Of a stretch of 64,000 nt of DNA, positions 46,045 to 56,128 are shown piece after piece. The notes under the pieces were generated by a model. The model worked only from the letters and a program-made list of their open reading frames with translations, was not told the origin of the DNA and did not search any database. The position numbers and the translations under genes are program-made. Source of the stretch: a virus; the IMG/VR virus record IMGVR_UViG_3300032293_001730, positions 29,894-93,893 of that record; one strand, given 5' to 3'. Every line of letters starts with the position of its first letter. Position 1 is the stretch's first letter.

Positions 46045-46982
46045 GCCTCGCGGACATCCACCGGCACGACGTCGAAAGGCTCTTGCCGCCTGACGAGGAG
46101 TTCGCTGAAGAGTACGCCCACCGTGTCAAGCTCGGCCGGCAGGCCGCTGAGCATCGCACGGTGGCATTCGTCGCCATCTGCCGCAACGCGATGCCGTTCC
46201 TGCCGTTCACGCTTCAGCGTGTCGAGCAGTCCTCCAAGATGTTTCGCCACGCCTGGACATTCATTTACGAGAACGACTCATCGGACGAGACAAAGGATTT
46301 TCTCGCCCACTGGAAGGACTCGGGGCCTGATCGGTACTGCGAGATGCGGAGCCATGGAAGGCCACACCTGAACTTCACGAAGGCGACCGAGCGAACTCTT
46401 GCCCTCGCCGAGTATCGGAACCAGTGTCGCCTTTGGGTGGCCTCGAAGACGAACGCCGACTACGTCGTAGTCTTCGACACCGACCCCTGGGGCGGCTTCA
46501 GCGTCGACGGTATCGCGAACACGATCGGGCACCTCGAAGAATTTGGCGAGTACAGCAACGCGTCGGGCATGGCGAGCTACTCGTGGTGTGAGTGGGGGCC
46601 GCCCGTCTGGTCGCAGCCTACGCTTTGCCACTACGACGCATGGGCATGCCGATGGACGTGGTGGAAAGAACGCCAGGACATGCTCTGGTTTCATCTTTGG
46701 CACCCGCCAGTCGGATCGCCGCCCGTGAGGATGAACTCGGCCTTCGGCCAACTGGCCGTGTACCGCGCATCGGACTACATAGCCGGCCAATACGCGGGAG
46801 GTGATTGCGAGCACGTTCCATTTCACAAGTCTCTGGGAGGGGATTTTTACCTGAACCCGTCGAGCCGGGTCGTTTCCTTCTGGATACCCAAGGATGAATC
46901 CCAAGAAAGTGCAGGTAGCCGTTTGCACGGTGACCTTCACGCAAATGTGGCTGGCAGGGACGCCAACCAGGATCATCGCTGA
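46029..46982 (+). CDS. Glycosyltransferase (GT-A, CAP59-like)
   Basis: ENDSSDET, LAEYRN, FDTD, SAFGQLAVYR, DCEHVPFH. Confidence 0.7.
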   Translation: MQVQISLADIHRHDVERLLPPDEEFAEEYAHRVKLGRQAAEHRTVAFVAICRNAMPFLPFTLQRVEQSSKMFRHAWTFIYENDSSDETKDFLAHWKDSGPDRYCEMRSHGRPHLNFTKATERTLALAEYRNQCRLWVASKTNADYVVVFDTDPWGGFSVDGIANTIGHLEEFGEYSNASGMASYSWCEWGPPVWSQPTLCHYDAWACRWTWWKERQDMLWFHLWHPPVGSPPVRMNSAFGQLAVYRASDYIAGQYAGGDCEHVPFHKSLGGDFYLNPSSRVVSFWIPKDESQESAGSRLHGDLHANVAGRDANQDHR

Positions 46983-47286
46983 GACACTGAAAATCTCGGC
47001 GGATCGCGCTGACATCACTCGCCGAGAACTCAAGCTCCCCAGGCGTGAAAGCTGGCACGGCAGCAAGGCCGGGCACCGCAAGGCCTATCTGCCGTCCAAG
47101 GCCGAGATTCGCCAGAAATGCCTGGAGTTTCAGGCAGGATGGAGCGAAGAGGAGCGGAATCGCCGAAGGGTTGGCTGGAAGCCGCCCGATCCCGTCGAGG
47201 CTCGCGTGTTCCCCGAGGCCATCTTCGACGTTCAGGGCGACGTGACCGGTTTCTTAGAAGACCTCGCCGACTCTTCGGGTGGTTGA
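46894..47286 (+). CDS. HTH-like protein, paralog of 43919
   Basis: W..G....IAETLKIS...LKLPRR; WSEEERNRRRVG. Confidence 0.55.
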   Translation: MNPKKVQVAVCTVTFTQMWLAGTPTRIIAETLKISADRADITRRELKLPRRESWHGSKAGHRKAYLPSKAEIRQKCLEFQAGWSEEERNRRRVGWKPPDPVEARVFPEAIFDVQGDVTGFLEDLADSSGG

Positions 47287-47337
47287 CCCGAGGACGATAG
47301 TCTCGGGATAGGTAGGCGTTGCATGGAGGCACGCGAG

Positions 47338-47619
47338 ATGAGCGAGCAGAACTACGGCGACACCCTGTCGATCTGGGAAAAGATTCGCATTCTCCAGGAA
47401 TGGGCCCCCATCCTGACCTACGTCCAGGCGTTTCTCGCCACGGCTGACTCGCACGACAAGGCTGTGATCGTCGGCGACGCGTGCGAGTGGCTGGCGTCGA
47501 AGACGAAGGGAACGCAGGTCGACGACGAACTCGTTGCCCACCTGACCGCGATCCTGCGGTCTCCGCAGGGCGAGTCCTTCCTGCGGTGGCTCGTGGCGAA
47601 GGTCGAGGGTGACAAGTGA
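47338..47619 (+). CDS. Hypothetical protein
   Basis: LASKT..TQVDDELV. Confidence 0.6.
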   Translation: MSEQNYGDTLSIWEKIRILQEWAPILTYVQAFLATADSHDKAVIVGDACEWLASKTKGTQVDDELVAHLTAILRSPQGESFLRWLVAKVEGDK

Positions 47620-47870
47620 TTGACTATGAATTCATTTTTCGCGCCTGTGCCGTTGTGGCAGCGGTTGCTGTCGTGGCGGGCCCCCGTCTGGTGGCAGCAA
47701 TTAAAAAGGTCCGCCTGCCCTCCCCCGCCCCGGGAAAAGCAGTCGAAATGAGCGACGCCCACACGCTCCTGGAGATTGCCAGCCGCCTCAAGGTGGCCGG
47801 CAACAAGAAAGGCGTGGCTCTCTGCCAACAGTTGATCGACGTCATTCTCCAGCCGGAGGGGAAAGCGTGA
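47616..47870 (+). CDS. Membrane-anchored hypothetical protein
   Basis: N-terminal TM segment. Confidence 0.55.
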   Translation: MIDYEFIFRACAVVAAVAVVAGPRLVAAIKKVRLPSPAPGKAVEMSDAHTLLEIASRLKVAGNKKGVALCQQLIDVILQPEGKA

Positions 47871-48346
47871 CTTGGCGGAACCTGATCGTCGTTCTCTTGT
47901 TGGCGTTCGGGGTGTTCGGCGTGCCCTCTGCCCCAACGTTCAATCAAGTTCAGTCAATCTCGATTAGGGAGCCTTCGAGCGAGATGAAGAACGCCGTCCA
48001 GCCTGTTGTGAAGATCGTCAAGGACATGAGCCCGATCGACAGGCTCTGGCTCCAGAACGTGTACCTCAACTGCGCACGGGTTGTCGCCGCCGACGGGATT
48101 GTCGAAGAGCCGACGGTCACGACGACCGACTCCCTGCGAGCCGTCCACGTCGCCGTGCTCGGCTTCATCTGGAAGGGGATGGCGAACAACTCTCCTGGCA
48201 AGTATCGAGGCTTGTCTGAGGCCATCGACGGCGTGCTGTCGGGCGTTATTGGAGACGAGTCCCAACAGTTGACTGCGGAAAAGCGGCAGAAGGCGGTTGA
48301 CCTGTACGAAGCGATTGCATGGGCAGGGCTCGGAAAGGACGCGTAA
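47867..48346 (+). CDS. Secreted/membrane hypothetical protein
   Basis: N-terminal signal/TM segment. Confidence 0.6.
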   Translation: MTWRNLIVVLLLAFGVFGVPSAPTFNQVQSISIREPSSEMKNAVQPVVKIVKDMSPIDRLWLQNVYLNCARVVAADGIVEEPTVTTTDSLRAVHVAVLGFIWKGMANNSPGKYRGLSEAIDGVLSGVIGDESQQLTAEKRQKAVDLYEAIAWAGLGKDA

Positions 48347-49288
48347 ATGGCCGCTCCGTGGAGGCCGCAGGGGTATGTCCCAAACCCCAAGGCCACTGAA
48401 AAGTACGTCTCCAGCTTGAAGTGGCCCACGCTTGCCGAGGCCGGCTCCAAGCTCAAGGCCAACGACAACGCCGACGTCGTGCTCTGGCCGGCGATCATCC
48501 GCGTCAAGCCGACGTACTCTCGCGTCGCCCAAGCGATCGGGTCGTGCATTGGGCATGGTTTCGCTGGAGCGGTGGATGCTCTATCCAGTACAGAAATTGT
48601 CGTCCACGGCGAGCCTGAAGACTGGCCCGGCCGATGCCTGGAGGCCTCGATTTATGCGTTGAGCAGGGTCGAAAGCAGGGGCCTCACGCGAAACTACGGC
48701 GGTGACGGAAGCTACGGAGCCGCTGCGGCGGATGCCGTGACGAAGTGGGGATGCCTCCACTACGACGTCGACTACGGCGGCAAGGTCTTCAGCGAGTATT
48801 CGGGCACTCGCGAGAAGCAGTGGGGCGCCTCGGGGCTGCCCGACGAGCTTGAGCCGTTCGCGAAGAAGCGGCGAGTGAAGACGGCTACGCTCGTCGAGAA
48901 CTTCGAGCAACTCTGCAAAGCGATCTCGAACGGCTACCCTGTCGCCCAGGCCAGCGTCCAAGGCTTTGTGTTCAAGCGTGACGAGGCCGGCTTCTGTAAG
49001 GCCAACAACGCCGGATGGGCCCACTGCACATGCTTCATCGGAAAGCGAATGGGCAAGAGGCCCGGGGCGTTGTACTGGCAGTCCTGGGGGCCGAAGAGCA
49101 ACAACGGTCCGCACTACTCCGGCATTCCAGGGAAGCCCGAGATGCACCCGGCATTCGCTGGCTGCACGTTCTGGGTCGACGCGGACATCGTAAATAAGAT
49201 GCTCGGGCAACGTGATAGCTATGCGTTGTCTGGATACGATGGCTTCCCGGCTCGCAAGCTCCCATCCTGGACAGGGGGAATTTTGTGA
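48347..49288 (+). CDS. Papain-like (C1) cysteine peptidase
   Basis: QAIGSC, DGS, GYPV, WAHC, QSWG. Confidence 0.75.
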   Translation: MAAPWRPQGYVPNPKATEKYVSSLKWPTLAEAGSKLKANDNADVVLWPAIIRVKPTYSRVAQAIGSCIGHGFAGAVDALSSTEIVVHGEPEDWPGRCLEASIYALSRVESRGLTRNYGGDGSYGAAAADAVTKWGCLHYDVDYGGKVFSEYSGTREKQWGASGLPDELEPFAKKRRVKTATLVENFEQLCKAISNGYPVAQASVQGFVFKRDEAGFCKANNAGWAHCTCFIGKRMGKRPGALYWQSWGPKSNNGPHYSGIPGKPEMHPAFAGCTFWVDADIVNKMLGQRDSYALSGYDGFPARKLPSWTGGIL

Positions 49289-49563
49289 GGAAACTTTTTT
49301 TCCTGGTGGTGCTCGCTGGCTGCTCGCCAAACACGCCTCCGGACCGCATAGACCTCCTGTGTGAGTGCTTCTCCACGGCCGCGTTCGCGGCCTACAAGGC
49401 CAAGGTCGCCCCGAAGCCCCCGGAGCCGCACAAAGAGTGCTGCAAAGAGTGTGGCGGCACCGGACGAGTCAGGAGTGGCGACAACCTGTCGTGGGTTGCC
49501 TGCCCGTGCCCGGACACCTGCAAATGCAAGTGCAAGGACGGCCAATGCGCGACCAAGAAATGA
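49285..49563 (+). CDS. Cys-rich putative lipoprotein
   Basis: Lipobox VLAGC; CKECGGTG..GD...CPCP..CKC. Confidence 0.6.
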   Translation: MRKLFFLVVLAGCSPNTPPDRIDLLCECFSTAAFAAYKAKVAPKPPEPHKECCKECGGTGRVRSGDNLSWVACPCPDTCKCKCKDGQCATKK

Positions 49564-49931
49564 CTATCCGGGAACTCCAGGAATCCATCTGGAAGGACCT
49601 GCCCGTCATTCGTCGGAATCTCCTCGGGCGGGAGCGGGTCAACGACTTGATCGTCGTCTCGATTGAGCAGTCTCCGGTCGAGCTTTTCAGGCATATCACG
49701 ACGGCAAACAACTCTCAGGAAATCGTGCTCGCCGCCTGGGGACAGAGCGTCAAACGTGGATACTGCCTCTTGCACGAGTCGACCGACGAGAAGCAATTCG
49801 GCCCGATCTTCTGGCTCCTGATCGGCCCAATGCTCCAGATTCTCTTGTCACGGCTCTTGGACTGGTATTTCAGATCGCCGAAGAACGCCGTCCTCATGCG
49901 GGGATGGAAGAGGAACCTGACGAATGACTGA
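49560..49931 (+). CDS. Hypothetical membrane protein
   Basis: Coupled ORF; C-terminal hydrophobic helix. Confidence 0.55.
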   Translation: MTIRELQESIWKDLPVIRRNLLGRERVNDLIVVSIEQSPVELFRHITTANNSQEIVLAAWGQSVKRGYCLLHESTDEKQFGPIFWLLIGPMLQILLSRLLDWYFRSPKNAVLMRGWKRNLTND

Positions 49932-50229
49932 CGAGACAAGACAGACGATCATCGACGTGGCCCTCCGCGCTGCCGAGCGTTTTGGCCTGCCGGTCGTAAT
50001 CCTGGCGGCCATGCTTTGGATGGCCCGGGAGGCGGCTACTTCGGTTCACCACTCCGTAATCGTTCCAATGGTCGAAAGCCACACGCAGTTCCTGGAGGCG
50101 ACGTCCCAGACGCTCCATGAGCTTGGCAAGACACAGGACCAACAGGCGGAGACGCTACGCGAGATTGCCGTCAGCCAAAGAGACATTCACAACGAGTTGA
50201 TGAAGCAAAAGAAGGAGACAGTCAAATGA
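49924..50229 (+). CDS. Single-TM coiled-coil protein (holin-like, tentative)
   Basis: ERFGLPVVILAAMLW followed by a coiled coil. Confidence 0.4.
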   Translation: MTDETRQTIIDVALRAAERFGLPVVILAAMLWMAREAATSVHHSVIVPMVESHTQFLEATSQTLHELGKTQDQQAETLREIAVSQRDIHNELMKQKKETVK

Positions 50230-50504
50230 TTGCGAGCGTCACCGTCGGAACGACCCAGGTGCAGGTCCTCCCCCCGCCATCGGGTCGGCCGTGGGCCTTC
50301 GTGGCAATCGGCAACAACGGCCCGAGCAAGGCATACCTCAAGCTCGTTCCCGACGCCGATGCCGTCACGGCCTCGAACGGCGTCCCGCTCGCGGTGGACT
50401 CCGTACTGATCTGCGACCAGGACCTCCAGAAGGAGCTTTTCCGAGGGAGCATCACGGCGATTGTGTCGTCGGGAACCACCACCATCTCGGTCCAGGCTTT
50501 CTGA
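50226..50504 (+). CDS. Small beta-rich structural-like protein
   Basis: IGNNG...AYL...T..NGVPL. Confidence 0.55.
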   Translation: MIASVTVGTTQVQVLPPPSGRPWAFVAIGNNGPSKAYLKLVPDADAVTASNGVPLAVDSVLICDQDLQKELFRGSITAIVSSGTTTISVQAF

Positions 50505-53500
50505 TGCCGTTCTGGGCAAACGAAAATACGATTTCCTTTGGCGGGGCCGCCCGCATCCTTCGACCGCGAGCCACGACTGCCGCTGCGCCGCCGTGCGCCA
50601 CGCCATCGTCCTTGCTCCTTCGCTTCGACGGCAACTTCACCGACTCGTCGGCCAATGCGTTGACGGTGACTGCGAATGGTGAGGCGGGGATCAGCACCGC
50701 GACGAAGAAATGGGGAAGTGGCAGCGCCTCATTTGATGGTGACGGAGACTATCTGACCGTGCCTACTGGCGGCACGCTGGGCTTCGGGATGGCTGATTTC
50801 ACAGTCGAACTGTGGGCGTTTGTTCCTCCTGACACCAACAACAATGAGCATGTGCTGTTCTCGCAGGCAGCCCCAACGGATTTCGTGGGCATCGCAATCT
50901 CGATTTACCAAAACGATCTCATGTGGCTGGCGGAAGGCGAAGGATCTTGGACGTTTCAGCGGTATCCCAGCGGCGGGCACTTTCCCGCTGGTTCCGTGAA
51001 TCCGAACGAATGGAACCACCTTGCTGTCACGCGGCATAACGGCGTCCTGAGATTGTTTTGCAACGGTCAGGTGGTGGACACCTACAGCGGTGCTATCGTG
51101 CTGGCCGACACAAACGAACTCGTCAGCATCGGCGGGAGAAGCAACTTCGGCCAATCATTCAGCGGCTACATCGACGATGTCCGCGTCGTAAAAAATCTGG
51201 CCGTTTACCAGGGCCCGTTCATCCCGCCCGCCGCGCCGCTCTCGCCATGCGCCACGCCGGTGCCGGTGCAGGCTGCGGCCAGCCTGCTCCTCAACTTCGA
51301 CGGCAACTTTACAGACTCGTCGCCCAATGCGTTGACCGCAACGGCACAAGGCAACGCCGTTGTCAGTACGACGCAGAGCAAGTTTGGCGGATCGTCGCTG
51401 TATCTGGATGGCTCAAGTACGGTGACGATTCCGTATGACGGGACGTTCGACTTTGGCTACGGCGACTTTACGATTGAAGCGTGGGTTCGGCCGTCTTCAA
51501 CACAGCCCGATACTCCATACGGACTTGTCTGCGCTGGCGGATTCCCAAGCGGCTGGGCGACGTACACCGGCGGAGGCGACGGTCAAACATCGCTGAACAC
51601 AGGCTCGCCTTCTTGGGGCGGCAACTCGCTTGGGCCGTCGCCCGCCAACGACGCATGGTCGCACATCGCTTTCACCAAACAAGGCACGCTATGCAGGTGC
51701 TACGTCAACGGCGTGCTGAACGGAACGGCGACGATCAGCGGTGCCTTCAATGCGAACAGCGAGCCGCTCACCATTGGCAGTGACCGGACTGATGAAGGGT
51801 ACAAATTCATCGGCTACATAGACGAACTCCGCATCGTTGAAGGCTTGGCCGTTTACACCGGCCCGTTCATCCCGCCGACTGCGCCGCTGGAAGTAAACGC
51901 CACGCCGGTGCAGGCTGCGGCCAGCCTGCTCCTCAACTTCGACGGCAACTTCAATGACTCGTCGCCCAACGCGTTGGCGGTGACGGCGAACGGCGATGCG
52001 GCGATCAGCACGACCACGAAAAAGTATGGCAGTGGCAGCGTGGAGTTGAATGGACTTTTTTCCAACGGCACAACCTCCGGCGTCACGGCGGCAGACTCAG
52101 TGGCGTTCGGTTTCGGAACCGGAGACTTTACGCTGGAGGGCTGGTTCTACTCTGACAATCCGTCTGCGAGCAATCACACGCTTTTCTCGGTTGGCACATT
52201 CCAAAACGGCGTGCTGGTACGTCTCGGCGGCGGCGGCTTCAACGACCCGGTGTACGTCAACGGGACGGCCTATGGGTACGCAAGCGGCCACAACTTTCCG
52301 AGTTCTCAATGGACGCACGTTGCTGTAGTGCGAAACGCAGGCACGCTCAAGGTCTACGTCGCAGGGCAGGAGAAACTGTCCGAGAATGCGAGCGATGACA
52401 TTGGCAGTTCCCGGCCGCTGTTTATCGGAACTTCTGGACACGCGTTTGAGAGCCAGGAATATGGCCCTTCGGATGCTTGGGTTGGCTACATAGACGATGT
52501 CAGGATCGTGAAGGGCTTGGCCGTTTACACCGCCAACTTCACGCCGCCCGCTGGGCCGCTCACAGTGAACGCTACGCCCTACGTTCCGCAACCTCCGGCC
52601 GCGCCGACGGGCGTCAGCGCCACCAGCGGCAATGGTCAGTTGTCGATTGCTTGGACTGCGCCCTATAGCGACTCAGCGATTACGGGCTATGTTGTCGAAT
52701 ACACGCCAGCGGGCGGCTCGGCAACAACGGTTAGCACTGGCAGCAGCGCGACGGTGTATTTGCTTACGTTTCTCACGAACGGCACGGCATACACGGTGCG
52801 GGTTGCGGCAATTAGTGCCGTAGGCACCGGCCCGTACTCGTCGGCATCTGCACCGGCAACGCCCGCCGCACCATCGTTCACGGCCACCGCCGTGATGCTG
52901 ACCTCAGGCACCTCATACACGGTGCCTGCTGGCGCGACGAGCATGAAAGCGTGGGCGGTGGGCAGTGGAACTTCCGGTGCCGGTGGCACGGCTTTCAAAA
53001 CATGGTCGGTGTCTGGCGGGCAGTCAGTGACCTATGCGGTCGGCAACAAATCCACCACCAATTTCGGCAACGACTCTAGCGTCACGTTCGGTGGCGCGAC
53101 GATTACGGGTCGCGGTGCTGGCAAGAACGCGAACGGCACGAACAAGAACGCCTTCGGCAGCGGCGGCGGCGAGTTCACGGGCGGCGACGGCGGCGTTGCT
53201 GGAGGTATCAACCAGTATCTCGGCGGCGGCGACACCCGATTCGGTGCTGTTGGAAACAATAACGCCGCCGCCACTGCCGCCACGATCTCCACGAAACCGC
53301 GATTTGCCGCCGCCGATGTTTCCGGGTTGTTCGCAGCACTCCAGTTGGCAGGAGAGAACACTACGCTATCTTCCGGCAATCCGCAGGCGTTCGGCTCTGG
53401 CGGTTTCACCGGCAAATATGACACGACCGCGCAGGCTGTTTCACCCGGTCGCGGCGGAGGAGGAGGCTACGGAACAGCGTCCAGCGGCACCCCGTTCACC

Positions 53501-53542
53501 GATAATCGCGTAGGCGGCGCAGTCGTTTTGTATTTCTCGTAG
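50504..53542 (+). CDS. Fibre/adhesin: three LamG (concanavalin A-like) domains, FN3 and a Gly-rich C-terminus
   Basis: Three SLLL.FDGNF.DSS.N...DFT.E.W...W.H.A...GYIDD.R repeats; PAAPTGVSA..GNGQ...WTAP...ITGY FN3. Confidence 0.85.
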   Translation: MPFWANENTISFGGAARILRPRATTAAAPPCATPSSLLLRFDGNFTDSSANALTVTANGEAGISTATKKWGSGSASFDGDGDYLTVPTGGTLGFGMADFTVELWAFVPPDTNNNEHVLFSQAAPTDFVGIAISIYQNDLMWLAEGEGSWTFQRYPSGGHFPAGSVNPNEWNHLAVTRHNGVLRLFCNGQVVDTYSGAIVLADTNELVSIGGRSNFGQSFSGYIDDVRVVKNLAVYQGPFIPPAAPLSPCATPVPVQAAASLLLNFDGNFTDSSPNALTATAQGNAVVSTTQSKFGGSSLYLDGSSTVTIPYDGTFDFGYGDFTIEAWVRPSSTQPDTPYGLVCAGGFPSGWATYTGGGDGQTSLNTGSPSWGGNSLGPSPANDAWSHIAFTKQGTLCRCYVNGVLNGTATISGAFNANSEPLTIGSDRTDEGYKFIGYIDELRIVEGLAVYTGPFIPPTAPLEVNATPVQAAASLLLNFDGNFNDSSPNALAVTANGDAAISTTTKKYGSGSVELNGLFSNGTTSGVTAADSVAFGFGTGDFTLEGWFYSDNPSASNHTLFSVGTFQNGVLVRLGGGGFNDPVYVNGTAYGYASGHNFPSSQWTHVAVVRNAGTLKVYVAGQEKLSENASDDIGSSRPLFIGTSGHAFESQEYGPSDAWVGYIDDVRIVKGLAVYTANFTPPAGPLTVNATPYVPQPPAAPTGVSATSGNGQLSIAWTAPYSDSAITGYVVEYTPAGGSATTVSTGSSATVYLLTFLTNGTAYTVRVAAISAVGTGPYSSASAPATPAAPSFTATAVMLTSGTSYTVPAGATSMKAWAVGSGTSGAGGTAFKTWSVSGGQSVTYAVGNKSTTNFGNDSSVTFGGATITGRGAGKNANGTNKNAFGSGGGEFTGGDGGVAGGINQYLGGGDTRFGAVGNNNAAATAATISTKPRFAAADVSGLFAALQLAGENTTLSSGNPQAFGSGGFTGKYDTTAQAVSPGRGGGGGYGTASSGTPFTDNRVGGAVVLYFS

Positions 53543-53551
53543 GGGACTACC

Positions 53552-54031
53552 ATGCCGAAAGTTCTTCGCACACCAAGCGGTCGCGGTATCTATCTGATTC
53601 CCCGCAGCGGATCGCACTCCATTGCCGCCGCCGTCATGCAGTCATTCCACCCGGAGATCGCAATCGACGCGAGCGCACACCCGGCAGCGAGTTACCCAGA
53701 CGCAGGGGGCGACGGCCCGCTGTGTGTGATCGTGCGAAACCCGGTTGAGCGTTTCCGGTCGATGGTTGCCCACGCACAAAGCACTGTTGAGGAGCAACTC
53801 GCCGCGCCACGATACGGCTGCGAGTTCTGTTTCGGCCAGACATACGATGCGTATTTCCGCTTTGAAGATCAGTTGCAGGCGTGCGCCGACTGGCTGGGCA
53901 TCACCGTTCCGCTGCCGCACCTTGACGGCACGGACGAGGCCGACAAGCCGACGCTCACGCCAGAGCAGGATGCGGCGGTCAGGCTGATCTACGCTGCGGA
54001 CATTGCGTTGTGGGAATCGTTGCAGAACTGA
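53552..54031 (+). CDS. Sulfotransferase-family protein
   Basis: IPRSGSHSI (5'-PSB), VRNPVERFRS (3'-PB), FRFED. Confidence 0.65.
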   Translation: MPKVLRTPSGRGIYLIPRSGSHSIAAAVMQSFHPEIAIDASAHPAASYPDAGGDGPLCVIVRNPVERFRSMVAHAQSTVEEQLAAPRYGCEFCFGQTYDAYFRFEDQLQACADWLGITVPLPHLDGTDEADKPTLTPEQDAAVRLIYAADIALWESLQN

Positions 54032-54048
54032 CGGAGATATAAGCAGCA

Positions 54049-54366
54049 ATGCCAACATACGAGCAACTGCCGGGATCGCTGAGCCTTGCGTTTCGCGCCG
54101 GAGACGACGTCGCTACAGTCGTTGATTTTTCGATTCCGCTGACTGGATACTCTGTTTTGGCGACGCTGCATAGCGTCGTCACCGACCAGCAAATCATGTC
54201 GTTCACGACTGTTATCACAGACGCGAATGCCGGGCAGGTGAGCGTTTCGCTTACTGATTCCCAGACGGCTGCTCTCGCGGTCGGTACCTACCGCTGGCGA
54301 ATGGTCGCTACGCAGGGCACCGTGACCCGCACCTACATCCAGGGGCTCGTGGAGGTGACGGCGTGA
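54049..54366 (+). CDS. Structural/baseplate-like beta protein
   Basis: GDD...DF...LTGY...AGQVSVSLTD.QT..L..G.Y.W. Confidence 0.55.
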   Translation: MPTYEQLPGSLSLAFRAGDDVATVVDFSIPLTGYSVLATLHSVVTDQQIMSFTTVITDANAGQVSVSLTDSQTAALAVGTYRWRMVATQGTVTRTYIQGLVEVTA

Positions 54367-54719
54367 GCACTATCTCGGCGACCGTCGTGCAGACGGGCGT
54401 TTCTTTTTCAGTTAGCGGCAGCACCGTGCTGGCGACAGTATCTCAGTCCCCGGTTTCCGTGTCGGCTGGCGGCAGCAACGTGCTGTCGACAGTATCGCAG
54501 TCCCCTGTCTCCGTTTCGGCTGGCGGCAGCAACGTGCTGGCGACAATATCGCAATCTCCTGTGCTTGTGTCGGCCAGCGGCCAGAGCGACTCCTCGACTC
54601 TTGAAGATGCACCCGACGTGGAGTTTTCGTCTGTGAGCGTCGGCGACGTCGTCAGATATTCCAGCGGCAAGTGGAGAAACTACCCCGAGCGAAGTCTCGT
54701 TGATGGAGGAAACTGGTAA
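54363..54719 (+). CDS. Short structural protein with 18-aa tandem repeats
   Basis: [16 protein letters not shown] x3; C-terminal DGGNW. Confidence 0.6.
   Translation: MSTISATVVQTGVSFSVSGSTVLATVSQSPVSVSAGGSNVLSTVSQSPVSVSAGGSNVLATISQSPVLVSASGQSDSSTLEDAPDVEFSSVSVGDVVRYSSGKWRNYPERSLVDGGNW
54417..54578 (+). repeat. 3 x 54-bp tandem repeat
   Basis: Units start at 54417, 54471 and 54525 (GGCAGCA.CGTGCTG.CGACA.TATC.CA.TC.CC...). Confidence 0.85.
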
Positions 54720-56119
54720 TGGCAAACACGATTCGCATCAAGCGTCGCGCGACGGGCGGAGGGGCAGGTGCCCCGACAACGCTCCAGAATGCGGAACTGG
54801 CGTTCAACGAGCAGTCGAACATCCTCTACTACGGCACGGGCACGGGCGGAGCCGGCGGCTCGGCGACTCAGGTCATCGCGATCGGGGGCGACGGGGCGTT
54901 TGCCACGAAGACTTATGTCGACACAGCGATCTCCAGCGCCGACCTGTCGAGTTACGCCAAACTGGGGGCGAGCAATACGTTCGCGGCCGGGTTTACTAAC
55001 ACGTTCAGCGGCACGCTGAACATCGCGAGCGCTTTTCAGATTGCCGGAACCGCCGTGACTTCGTCCGCCGCTGAACTCAATCTAGTGGACGGCTCGTCTC
55101 CGGCCAGCGTCGTAAACGGTAAGGCTGTGATCTACGGCGCGGCTGGTGAGGTGGCGGCCTCGTCGATCTCGACAACCGGGAACGCTAGTGTCAGTGGCAA
55201 TCTCACGGTAACCGGCAACCTGACGATTAACGGCACGACGACAACGATTAACACGAACACGCTATCGGTCGACGACAAGGAAATTGAACTTGGCGCAGCC
55301 ACCGGCGTGGTGGGCACCGCCGGCAGCGTCTCGGCGGGCTCTGCGGTTGTTACAAGTTTAGCCAGTACAGCAAATATAATCCCCGGCTCTACCGCTAGTT
55401 TTCTTGCTGGCAACGGCACTGTCACTATGCCATTGGGCACAACCGTCGCCAGCGTCGACAGCGCTACGCAGATAACTCTAAGCGCAGCATGTACCGGCAG
55501 CGGAACGGCGGGTGGGGCTATTCTTGCATTCGGCGGCGCCAGCGACACAACTGCTTCTGGCGGGGGCATTCGGCTCAAGGGCACGACCGATAAGACGCTG
55601 ACGTGGGTCAACTCGACGAGCGCGTGGACGAGCAGCGAGGACTTCAATCTCGTCACTGGCAAGGTGTACGAGATCAACGGCGTGTCGGTGCTCTCCGCCA
55701 CGGCTCTCGGTTCGGGCGTCGTGAGTTCGAGCCTGACGAGCGTCGGGACGATTGGCACTGGAACATGGCAGGGTACGGCCGTCGCTGTGGCCTACGGCGG
55801 CACGGGCGCGACCGACGCTGCGGGTGCGAGGACGAACCTTGGGCTTGCGATCGGCACGAATGTGCAGGCCTACGATGCGGAACTTGCTGCCATTGCCGGA
55901 CTCACGAGCGCTGCCGACCGACTGCCGTACTTCACGGGCTCAGGCGCGGCGGCGCTCGCCACGTTCACGTCTTTCGGCCGCAGTCTTGTTGACGACGCTG
56001 ATGCCGCTGCTGCGCGCACGACGCTGGGCCTCGGCACGATCGCGACCCAGAACGCCAACAACGTCACGATCACCGGCGGCACGATCGACAACGTAGTGCT
56101 CGACGGCGGCACGTTCTAA
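54719..56119 (+). CDS. Tail fibre-like protein
   Basis: [12 protein letters not shown]...ELA.NE; [17 protein letters not shown]; C-terminal DGGTF. Confidence 0.75.
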   Translation: MANTIRIKRRATGGGAGAPTTLQNAELAFNEQSNILYYGTGTGGAGGSATQVIAIGGDGAFATKTYVDTAISSADLSSYAKLGASNTFAAGFTNTFSGTLNIASAFQIAGTAVTSSAAELNLVDGSSPASVVNGKAVIYGAAGEVAASSISTTGNASVSGNLTVTGNLTINGTTTTINTNTLSVDDKEIELGAATGVVGTAGSVSAGSAVVTSLASTANIIPGSTASFLAGNGTVTMPLGTTVASVDSATQITLSAACTGSGTAGGAILAFGGASDTTASGGGIRLKGTTDKTLTWVNSTSAWTSSEDFNLVTGKVYEINGVSVLSATALGSGVVSSSLTSVGTIGTGTWQGTAVAVAYGGTGATDAAGARTNLGLAIGTNVQAYDAELAAIAGLTSAADRLPYFTGSGAAALATFTSFGRSLVDDADAAAARTTLGLGTIATQNANNVTITGGTIDNVVLDGGTF

Positions 56120-56128
56120 GGCGGCACC

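Noticed and set aside
50504-53542. Diversity-generating retroelement TR/VR pair
   Set aside because: No reverse transcriptase is in the window. The repeats are in-frame domain duplications without adenine-specific differences.
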